Position numbers and translations under genes: made by a program
Source: the human T2T-CHM13v2.0 reference genome, Homo sapiens
NCBI RefSeq assembly: GCF_009914755.1
Contig: NC_060926.1
Length of the DNA stretch: 64,000 nt
Direction: 5' to 3' (one strand)
Notes under the pieces: model-generated
What the model was told of the DNA's origin: nothing
The model's input: only the letters and a program-made list of their open reading frames with translations
The model's database searches: none
In this document: piece by piece, positions 53,541 through 64,000 of the stretch
Numbering within the stretch: the stretch's first letter is position 1
Layout of the letters: each line of letters begins with the position of its first letter

Positions 53541-55223
53541 GGGGCTTAGAATAAATCCAGCCTAAAGGTAGTATAATGATTGGGAATCTCCACGTTCGAT
53601 TCTCTAATGTTACACATATTAGAAGATTTTATGAGGAAATAGCGTACAGGAAACCCCACGGTGTATACTGGAGCATCTGTTAATTATATAATAAATGTTG
53701 ATAATTCTTAGTAGAGCATGACATCTGGGTAGTAATATCTTATCTAGAATCTTCATTCTAAGATATTCAAGGATGCAGAAAAGGGGCCCTAAGTAGTCTT
53801 TTCATACATATATATGCATAGATACATTTCCTGGTGCATCAACTAGAGAAACCTTCAGGACAGCCCTTGATATCCTTGGTGCTACTTTTCACAGGTGAGT
53901 AAACTGTTCATCAGAGCACAGGGGTGGTTTGCCCAAAGATACATGGCCAGCAATTATCAGGGCTGAGCTTGGAACCCAGCTTAAATATGTCGCTTCCACA
54001 TGGCCACATTTGTTCCATGGAGGAATGAATGGCTTTTAAACTCAGAGAAGAGACAAAGCCGGAAGGGTGGTGTGGAATTCTCAGCAAGCGCCTTGCTACC
54101 TCTGAACCTTGCCATGATTACCACAATTATAAACTCAGGCCTTTCTGCAGTTTTGTCCACATAGCAAAACTTCCTCCAAGTCTTTAAAATTTAAATGTCT
54201 TTCTTTCAGATTTGAGGGCAGGAGCACATCTCGCATTGCCCTGAACACTTTGCTTCTTTTCTACCATCCTCATCTCCCTGAGCCGGCTCTTCCCTCTCAA
54301 AATGTGTCCTATCAATCTGATTTCTTCTCCTAATGTGAAAACAAATGAACAAATAGCCCCCTACTTTTGTCATCTCCAGAGAACACAAGAGCTAATCACA
54401 TACCCAGAGAGTATGAGAGTTTAAAGGATTTATCCAAGAGCTTTTACACATAAGAAGTATTCTGCTGCTAGCCCTCTTCACAGTGAAATGCCTGTGTGTC
54501 TTGTTAAAACTGACACTAAAAAATGACAAGATAGAGCCATTTTGAAGAACGGAGGGTGACCATTCCAAGATAATTCAGGTGTTTCCTAAATTTTCTAAAT
54601 ATCCCTATGCGTTAAAAAAAAGATTTGACAAGAATTCAGACCATACCGTCCAAGAAAGAATGTTTTTCTGCTTTCTTAGGTTGGCTCTTTCAGGGATAAT
54701 GATGCCTATGCAGGCAGCATGTTTATAATGCACAGGAAACACGGGGAGGAAACAAGGCAGTGAAGGAGGAAAGAAAGGAGGGACTCCAAAAGTCTCCTCA
54801 GCAAAGAGCTACCGCTGAGGATGGCTGGAGCTCAAGCCCACGTGGAAACAGGGGAAAATGTCTCAGTATTATTCCAGCTGAGAAGAGAGGGAGCTGGGGT
54901 ATATACACCTCTCCTGTCCTCACTGATTGAGGGCTTTCTGAGAGGATGCTCATTCCAGGTGCTGTGAAAGGCCATGTGTGCAGGCAGGGCTGCCTTCTCC
55001 AGTTTGACATAGAGCAGTGAGGAACAGATATGGCCATGGGGAGTCAGCAGAAGTACAGCAAAGGGGAAAGGCAAAGGGTAGCAAGAGTGACTGCTACATT
55101 CACCTCCCCGCACAAAAAAAATGTGTGTATTTCAATCCAGAGCTTCTTCTCTCTGAACCTAAATCTTAGCAAGCAGTTTGCCAGTAATTTCCCTTGAAAT
55201 TCAGGCCCCTGGAAAGCAGCAGG

Positions 55224-55543
55224 AGATCTGGGTACAGGCTATACCACTGTGGTCTGCTCACTCTTAGTGATGCGTGAGTAATGCTCCCTGGACTCCCCAG
55301 GTTCTAGTCTTCTCATGTCGATGTAGTTGATTCCACTTCCCTTGCTGCACAACCAGGCTGGGATGCCTGGGCAGAGGCAGACATGTGAGGTATAGGGGTT
55401 CAAATCTGTTTCCAAGTTTTATCCAGATCCCAAGTATTTCTTCACGTACATGGGCGGTGGCTTGGCAGGAGATGCAGATTCTCTCTCCTGGAAGTGAGGC
55501 AAGGAGGCTGGCGTCTGGGTAAGGATGATGTCCCCACATACTG
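55224..55543 (-). pseudogene. Highly decayed V-kappa relic, head-to-head with the IGKV1 gene
   Basis: tttag acceptor, 11-nt L-part2, DIILTQTPASL/LPGERICISCQATAHV...; intact heptamer cacagtg at 55251-55245, nonamer decayed. Confidence 0.75.
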
Positions 55544-56524
55544 CTAAAGAGTCAAAGAGGAAAGTGGCATCGATGGTGCAGGGCAGAGACATGCACTGAG
55601 TAGCTGCTGCCCTCACTGAAGAGAAAGTGTTCACTGACTTGGCCTTTCCCCAGGGCCTCTCCCTCCCCTGCTTTCCAGAAAGCCCAGTTTTTTGGGAGCT
55701 GTACCTGAACACCTGGGAACATTCCGGTGGGAAAGGCAGCTCAGAGCATTAGCAATGGTAAGTTACCTTGTTCTTCTTCCTGTGGAGACAATTGATCATA
55801 TGGGTCAGCAAGACGGAGGTGCTGTCCATTTAGTCCCTGGTTATTACAGAGACCTATAGCTCTGGATTATGGAAGATCTGTGAGTGGCACAGGCATTGAG
55901 GAATCACAGCATCATTATTGTGCATCTGCAGGGAATGGCTTGAAAATAGACTGGTAATAACAAATGTTTCAGGTCACTACAAAATACCTTTGAATATTTA
56001 AATATGCTTCTGACAAAGACTTTTTTCCCACATGAAACAATGGGAGCAACGTGACAATCACAGAGGTGTTGTTAGTATAACAAAGGGATTGTCACTCCCA
56101 CAATGTCCACTTAAATAACTTGAAGACCTGATAGCCCCATTCTCTAAGACATTATCAGACATTCCCTACAAATGGTCATACTCTCCTATATACTCCCGAT
56201 ACAACTCTAAAATATATGACTCCATGTAGTCCCTAGGTTTGAATTAAATTTTGACTTTTTTCTCCCAAAATATCTCTTGTCGAAACAACGGATGTAGAGA
56301 GAAATACATTCCCTCCAGGCAAATCTGTCAGGCCTGGTCTGACCTGGGACCCTGCGGACACTGCCCCTTTGCTGAGTTACCGAGATGAGCCAGCCCCGTG
56401 GCTGTGCCCAGCCTGCCCCATCCCCTGCTGATTTGTGTGTCCTAGAGCGCAGCCCCCTGCCCTGAAGACTTCTTAATAGGCTGGTCACACCCTGTGCAGG
56501 AGTCAGTTGCAGTCAGGACACAGC

Positions 56525-57029
56525 ATGAACATGAGGATCCCCGCTCAGCTCCTGGCCTTCCTGCTGCTCTGTCTCCCAGGTAAAGAAGGAGAACACTGGG
56601 AAGTTAGCCACCCAGTGTGCTCAGTACAGCCTGGCTCTTCAGGGAAATCCTCGCATAACATGGTGAAAAGTGTAAATATTTGTTTTTGTATTTCCAACCT
56701 GAGATGCCAGATGTGACATCCAGATGACTCAGCCTCCATCCTCCCTGTCTGCATCTGTAGGAGACAGAGCCACCGTCTCTTGCCAGGCTAGTCAAAGCAT
56801 TTACAACTATTTAAATTGGTATCAGCAGAAACCAGGGAAAGCACCTAAGTTCCTGACCTATAGGGCATCCAGTTTGCAGAGGGCGATGCCATCTCAGTTC
56901 AGTGGCAGCGGATATGGAAGAGATTTCACTCTCACCGTCAGCAGCCTGCAGCCTGAAGATTTTGCAACTTATTAATGTCAACAAGAGAGCATTTTCCCTC
57001 CCCCAGTGTGACAAGTCATAACATCAACT
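56525..57029 (+). pseudogene. IGKV1OR2-9: IGKV1-subgroup orphon pseudogene (IGKV1/OR2-9 or -11)
   Basis: Leader MNMRIPAQLLAFLLLCLP 56525-56579; V exon from 56704 ([35 protein letters not shown]...EDFATY*C) with TAA at 56973-56975; heptamer mutated to cccagtg; octamer mutated to atttgtgt (56431-56438). Symbol is ambiguous. Confidence 0.9.
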
Positions 57030-58204
57030 GCTAGGATAGCAGATGAGTGAGGCCGGGTTGCCCTAGATGCCCCTCCTAGTGCCTCAATCTGCTGAGTTGT
57101 TTTCCAGATGCAGCCAAGTTTTGAAGGTCGTCTGGAAATTTTGGTAAATTGTGATGAGGTGGCTCCTTTGCACCCACTCTCTTTCCTCCTCATCCCCAGA
57201 AGCAAAGACATGAAATGCGAGTCCTGATTTAATAAAGAGATTTAACCACCTGAGGAGTCTGTTATGGGATGATTGGAATTCTTGTAGCAAAAGAGAAGCC
57301 ACTCTAGCCCTTCCAAGCAGGAATCGTTTTAATTTATGAAATCAGTGTCTAAACTACAGCTTTTCAAGGCCTGGTTGATGTTAGTCACGGAAGCAGATAC
57401 TAGAGACATGATTCTCTGGTGCTCCTGCAGAAACCAGGGTGCACCCTACCCTGCAGGTGTGAGCTGCCTAGCCACATGGTCCTTGGATCTGTCTGAGAAG
57501 CCCAGAGTGCAGGTGCTGATGCTCTCAGCCTCCTGCAGTATGTCTCTAGGTGATTCTCTAGGTCTCAACTAAGTCCACTTGTCTGTCTGCAGGTGTCAAT
57601 GAGCATTGAATCATTCTCTTCTGACTTCCAAATCTCGTGGAAGGACCCCTCAGTGAACAACTCTACAGGAAAGTATAGAGGGAAAGGTGGTTCTGAAGAA
57701 TGCGCTTTCAGAAGTGATGGTGATAATGAGGAACTGACAGCTGAAAGCCCAACATGGTCAGTATTTTCACAAAATAGTGAAAACTTTTGCCAGTTATGCA
57801 TGGCCTCAGAATACATTTGAATATACTTGCACTTGTCACATAGCAACATAACTTTATTAAGTCATAGACACAGCTTAAAAATCAGGAAATTGTATGACAT
57901 ACATAACAATCATTTTACAAACAAATGAAAAATATTTCTTAACAAAGAAACCAAAACAACAGAAAAACCTGAACATTGGTGTAACCTTTTTTAAATTATG
58001 AAAATTCTTTGCTACTCAACATGTATCCAGAATCCAGCAGGATCATTAGCACACTGAGAGCATGATACATATGCTAAATAGCAGAACGACCTTCAGTTCA
58101 CTGAATGAGAACCTTTGTTTAGCCATGGTAGTTGATAACAGGTGACCTATAAAAGGTTTAAGAAGCTATGTTCTATGTGATATTTGTTTCAGCTAAAGAG
58201 ATAC

Positions 58205-58340
58205 CGTGGTGGTGGGCACCATTGGCCCCAGCTACCAGGGAGGCTGAGGCAGGAGAATCGCTTGGACCCAGGAGGTGGAGGTTACAGTGACCCAAGATCA
58301 TGTCACTGCCCTCCAGCCTGGGTGACAAGAGCAAACTTCT
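58205..58340 (+). mobile_element. Alu right-monomer fragment
   Basis: cccagctaccagggaggctgaggcaggagaatcgcttggacccaggaggtggaggttacagtga. Confidence 0.85.
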
Positions 58341-60569
58341 GTATACTATTATGGCAATGAGGCTATTTTTAAAAATTTCAATGGAAAGCCACATGTTGCA
58401 GCCACACCCAGCTTTATTTTCTAATCCATGCAACATGACATTTGAAAACAATTGGAAGATTGTAAAGTTGGAGAAACATAATGATCTGTCCATGGAATAA
58501 TAAAATGCTTTGATGTTTAAATGGAGGAAAAGTTTGTAGGAACCATAATAATTACCAAGGTGAAAGAATAACTTAAAATTGTGTGTATCTGTGTTCAAAA
58601 TTATTAGACTTCATTCACCATTTCAACTTGGTTTGGGGAGGTTGCCCACTCCTGCTGCCTTCATCAGAATATGGTGCCTGGGTAGATACTGCCCTTTAGC
58701 CTTGACCTCAGATGAACACAATCCATAGGTTAGAGACAAGCTCTGCTCCCTGCAGCAAAACCACCCAGCTGAGCCCTGTCTTGAAGAGTCATGTTAATAC
58801 TAAAATGATCATCCAGAAACACGATAAAACTTGATGTAATACACTGACTTTTAAGTAGTTGGTTATCAATCATCATTGTGCAAAAAAAGTGACCAATGTA
58901 ATACTTACACATTCACCCATATAGGATGTATCTTATTATAATTAGTGGCAGAAGTATAAATATTTGGTAATGTATTTATAAAGCTACCAATGAGAAATTT
59001 AAAAAGAAATTTAAAAAATTATATATAAATAAAAAGTGTAAAATTTACCTTATTTATGGAAACTCCACATATATATATATAAACATTAATGTAGGTACAT
59101 ATATATATATTTATTTGATAAATAGTTGGGTGCGTGTAGTTCCATATGCATATATTCATGTCTAAATAAGGCCATTTACATATATATATGAGAAACATAT
59201 GCATATTTACAAAATGTTTTAATAAATTAAATCTCTTAAGATAATTCTATTTATTCCTCATCAAAATAGTTGGTTTCTAGAACCAGATATAGTACCTGCT
59301 CTGGCTATAGGAATGTCCTTGAAATTTGATGTATTTCTAAAACACTCACCAAATTCATGTGTCACCTTAAAATATTTTTCTAACTTACTTGAGGTGCCAA
59401 AGAGTATGAATGGAGATGATTTTCCCTAATGTTAAAAATTATATCCTTGTCTCCTAGGTAAGTCCTCATTCTTTGTATGTCTACAATGATGCTATTCTGG
59501 ACAGAGTTCTATCCATGGATGCTGGGCTGATGTCACATCATTCTCACAGTCAAGGATGGCCTGGAGAGTAAAAATCATAACAGTGAGCAAAGTGCAAGTG
59601 TTATATCCTTGTTCATTTTGCAGAGGGAGATCAGCCATTCAATGACATTGTCTATGGGTTTGAACAAATCATCAGACCTTAGAAAAAACAGAACAGAGGA
59701 TTAGAGACAAAGTCATGGTGGAAGAGCCATGAGTAGACCTTTCAAAATGGGCCAAAAGTTGCCTAATCTATGGGGTAGAGAGCAAGTTGATCACGTAACT
59801 TGCTCAGGAAGAGCTTTTTGGGGTTGTGAAAATACTTTATATCTTGACTTTGGAGGTGGTTAGAAGGATTATTTATTTGCAAAAATTCATAAAAACTGTA
59901 CATTTAAAAATCAATGTGATTTATTTTAACTATTATTATCCTCAATAAAGATAGTTAACTATATGTAGTCAGGGAGCTCAAGGTGCAACTGAGTAATGCT
60001 GTCCTCACATCTTCTATTCTTGCAGTGGACTGCAACTGTGTGAGCAAGAATGTCTGGGAGATTGCCTCAGACCTAAGAGTAAAGAGCTGTGTCTCTCTGG
60101 CAAGAGCCCAATTTTCTTTTTACTTTGATTTTGTCTTCTATTGGATGAGAATTTAAATAATTCTCATAGATTAGATCAAAGTAGCGGCTTTTTCATGTAC
60201 ACTTATTATTTATTGAAGCTAAAATTCCAAGCAAAATAAAAACTTATTCCAAAAGTGAAGAAAAGTTTTCACCTGTGAATTGCCACTACTCTTCAGCTTG
60301 GGAAACACAGCAAATCCTTGTCTCCAAATTAAAAGAAAAAAGGAAAATAAAACATTTAAATAAAACAATATAAATTTTTTTCTAAAATTAGTTAACTAAG
60401 CCTGTCATACCTTTCGTTTTATGACCATCACTCAGAAATTGCTATTATTAAAATTTACCTGAGTTTTAAGCATAAGAGCTGTAATGTGGCTTGCTACACC
60501 TGTTTATTAAATAGATAGAAATATACTGACATTCAATTTTATAGGCATACATAATTCAATATAGGGCTA

Positions 60570-60770
60570 CATACATATGTAGCTATATACAGATATGCAT
60601 TCATATATACATATATGTGCATTAACACACATATATGTACATTTACATATATACAGATATAGATATATTTAGATATCTATAAATACCTATATAGATAGAT
60701 AGATATTTCAAATATGTATATATATATATGAACTACACATTACACATATATGTGCTTTTTATGCTTTTTA
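60570..60770. repeat. Low-complexity (TA/CA/GA)n tract
   Basis: atatatacatatatgtg...atagatagatagata...tatatatatg. Confidence 0.8.
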
Positions 60771-61139
60771 TATCTGTGTTCATGTCAGATGCAGGAATTA
60801 ATTTTTGTTTCTAATGCTTTTATTCGTTTTGGAAATGAAGTTTATTGTGACCACATATAATAATTCTGGAAGCATTTCCTTCTTTTTAATTCTCTTGAAG
60901 TTTGTGTAATTTTCACAAGGTTGGTTCCAGTAAACGAAACATAAGATGGAAATTTTCCTTATAGAAAAGTTTTCATTATAGAGTTCCTTTTAGTTTAGTG
61001 AAAATAGTTGCCATAATTTATTTCATTGTATTCTACTTTTATGTGTTTGCTATCCTGGGCTCTGTAATAATTTTCCCTTTTTAAATTATAGATTGTGTAT
61101 TTTGCATCTTTTCTCTGTCTTTTTTATCCACCTTTCCTG

Positions 61140-61764
61140 CTTCATGAAGCAGCCATGGGGTTTAACTCCTTCCGGGTAATTTTTCTGAACTTTTACGCTC
61201 TGCTTCCCTTTTAAACGTAAGTTCCAATTCCAAACCATAACTTTGTAAGTGCATAAAACTGAAGGCTTTAAAGGGCACCCAAGTCATCACTTGAAGGTTT
61301 TGCTGCTTTGAAATTTATTTGGCCAGATACCTTAAATTAGGTCTCTCAGGTTCAAAGTTCCACAGATATTTAGGGCAGGGACAAAATGCTGCCAGTCTCT
61401 TTGCTAAAGCATAGCAAGAATCATGTTTATTCAAGTTCCCAATAAATTTCTCATCTCCATCTAAGACCACCTCATCCTGGACTTCATGGTCCATATCACT
61501 ATCAGCATTTTGATCAGAGCCCCTCAACAAGTCTCTGGGAAGTTCTGAACTTTGCCACATCTTTCTGTCTTCTGAGTCCTCCAAACTGTTCCAACCTCTG
61601 CCCATTACCCAGTTCTAAAGTCGCTTCCACATTCTCAGGTATCTTATAGCAATCCCCCACTACCTTGATACCAATTTACTGTATTAGTTCATTTCCACGC
61701 TGCTATGAAGAAATACCTGACACAGAGTAATTTATAAAGAAAAGAGGTTTAATAGATTCACAGT
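61140..61764 (-). mobile_element. THE1/MST MaLR internal fragment plus LTR end
   Basis: ...gataccaatttac|tgtattagttcatttccacgctgctatgaagaaatacctgacacagagtaatttataaagaaaagaggtttaat. Confidence 0.8.
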
Positions 61765-62240
61765 ATGACCCAGGAATTCCACTCTTCTCTATAGACCCAA
61801 GAGAACTGAAAACATATAGTCAAATAAAACTTGCACATGAATTCTTATAACAATGTTATTTATGATAGCCAAAAAGTGGAAACAACCCAAATGTCCATCA
61901 GTGCATACATGCAACAACGTGGATGAACCTTGAAAACATTAAGTTAAATGAAAGAAGCCAGTCACAAAAGGTCCCACAGTAAATTATTCCATCTCTATGA
62001 AATGCCCAGAATAGGCAAATCTATAGAAGAAGAAGGTAAATTAGTGGTTGTCAGGGGCTAGGAAGGAAGAGGATGGGAAATGGCTGCAAACAGCGTGAGG
62101 TGTTTTGGGTGGTGATGGAAACATTCTGCAGTGACATTGTGGTGATGGCTACACAACTCTATAGTAAAAGCCAACGAGTTGTTTACTTAAAGTGGGTGAA
62201 CTTTATGCCATACAAATTATATCTCAATACAGATTTCTTT
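61765..62240 (+). mobile_element. L1MB-like 3' end
   Basis: tatgacccaggaattccactc...atagccaaaaagtggaaacaacccaaatgtccatca...gaaatgcccagaataggcaaatctatag. Confidence 0.8.
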
Positions 62241-62792
62241 AAGTCTTCAAGAAGCCCTCTGGTAAAGAAATCAGCCTAACCCAGCCCTGAACTCATCTGA
62301 CCACCAAAGCTTTTCCTCACATTGGCACCCTGAGAAACTGGTATTCTGAAGAACGCGCTTTAGGAAAAACTGCTTTAGACAACAGGAATTTGGTAAGAAG
62401 AACTTTGTTTCTGTGAACACATATTTGCATGTCAGGGTACATCCTTTTGTATTTTATTTATATTTAGTGTGTCTATGTCTTGTCTTCTTGGTAGCTTTAC
62501 AAGAATTTCGAGGAGAGAAAGTATGATTTTGTCTCTTTGAATTCCTACTTCTCACCACCCATAATGTGGTGCACACATAAATATCTGTAAATATGCAGTT
62601 AGAACTTTGCATCACTAATGAGTTAATTAAACTATTCAACAAAGCCAAAAATACATATCATGGACCCTCGAGTGCCAGGCACAGTTTCGGGCACTGGGGA
62701 TACAAAAATGAGGGAGCTTACGGTTTAGTCTGAGACCAGGCCAGGAGCCGCGCAGTAGAGGCACCTCTCCCTGGGGTGTCTGAAATCATTCC

Positions 62793-63298
62793 TGTGAACT
62801 CTAAATACCTGAGACAGGGCTCAGTCAATTTAAGAAGTTTACTTTGCCAAAGTTAAGGATGCTCCTGTGACACAGCCTCAGGAGGTCCTGACGACATGCA
62901 CCCAAGGAGGTCAGGGTACAGCTTGCTTTTACACATTTGAGGGAGACACGAGCCATCAATCAATATGTGTCACATGTACATTGGTTTGGTCTGGTAGGGT
63001 GGGACAACTCAAAGTTGGGGCTTCCAGGTCAGAAGTAGATAAGAGACAAAAGGTTTCATTATTTTGCATACTCGATCAACCTTCCACTGAATACACAATT
63101 TAGTCTGGCTCAGTGAATCTGCATTTTTACATCAACAATAGGGCAGAGGAAGCAATTAGATATGCATTTGTCTCAGGTGAGCCTCAGAGAGATGACTTTG
63201 AACAGAATGGGAAGTAGGTTTGCCCTAAGCAGTTCCAAGCTTGACTTGTCCCTTTAGCTTAGTGACTTTGAGGTCCCAAGATTTAGTTTCCTTTCACA
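62793..63298 (-). mobile_element. MER4A-type ERV1 solo LTR
   Basis: tgtga...ctttcaca ends, 4-bp TSD ttcc/ttcc; homologous to 14949-15391. Confidence 0.85.
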
Positions 63299-63876
63299 TT
63301 CCCAAAGCACATTTGTCATGTAGTAGAAATTATTGAACACCTTAATGGAGGCACCGTGTTTGAGATTCACTCCCTTGCTATTGAAAAGCAGACACAACCA
63401 ATTTCTTCTTCATTGTTGGAAAAGGTTGCTTTCCCTTTGGTTGGGCACCAGTGGAAGACTTGCACTGAACAGCTATTTTGGCCAAAACTATGTCTCTCAA
63501 AGGTGAGTCCCACTGGGGCAAATCCAGGTGCTCCTGGTCTGAGCAGCCTGTAGGAAGGACAGGCGCAGATAGAGCAAGGGATGCACCCTCCTCTACCCTC
63601 CACTCCGCATCCACCCTGTGGTATATCTAGGGTGGCACACAGAATGAATGGCACTGCCTAAATGACTTTTTCTTTATTTAAAAAATTTACTGCATTTGCT
63701 TAAGCATGTACGTGAGCTTGTCCTGTGACTCCCCAGTCCCGAAGCTCAGCTGAATATCTGAACACTGGGCTTTGAAAAAAAGAAAGTGACCCTGGAGACC
63801 AAAAGGACAGCTGGCTCATAGGAAAGCTGCTCATGGCAGGCAAAACTGGAGGGCAGAGAAACGCACTAACCTTGGT

Positions 63877-63985
63877 TGATACAGTTTAGATATTTGTTCC
63901 CTCCAAATCTCATATTGAAATGGGATCCCCAGTGTTGGAGGTGGGCCCTGGTGGGAGGTGTTTGGGTCATGGGGGAGGATCCCAC
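63877..63985 (+). mobile_element. MST-type MaLR LTR 5' part
   Basis: tgatacagtttagatatttgttccctccaaatctcatattgaaatgggatccccagtgttggaggtgggccctggtgggaggtgtttgggtcatggggg. Confidence 0.8.
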
Positions 63986-64000
63986 ATTTGGGCATGAAAG

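Noticed and set aside
63380-63510. Exon-like segment ending aaag|gtgagt
   Set aside because: A single donor motif with no identifiable reading frame or partner exon; cannot be supported without RNA data.

Overview
Human (primate) genomic DNA from an immunoglobulin kappa V-gene orphon cluster. Gene content and spacing fit the chromosome 2 IGKV/OR2 ('W-region') orphons; this is recognition from memory, not a database search. The window is dominated by a near-perfect inverted duplication: bases 1-18680 are the reverse complement of 31083-49767, around a 12.4-kb single-copy spacer (18681-31082). The left arm runs off the window start, so the true arms are probably longer. Each arm carries two IGKV2 pseudogenes. 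The spacer carries one IGKV1 and one IGKV3 pseudogene, and another IGKV1 pseudogene lies at 56.5-57.0 kb. All seven are disabled, and I found no J, C or 23-RSS elements. Beyond these I read several much older V-kappa relics, an intact orphan leader exon with a reversed octamer, and a 39-bp copy of the palindrome breakpoint sequence inside an LTR. Other notable items are a breakpoint that truncates an AluY, a twin-primed L1, and a 240-bp insert with a 17-bp direct repeat and no poly(A). I found no intact protein-coding gene and no evidence for a wholly new biological system. The interest is structural and evolutionary.
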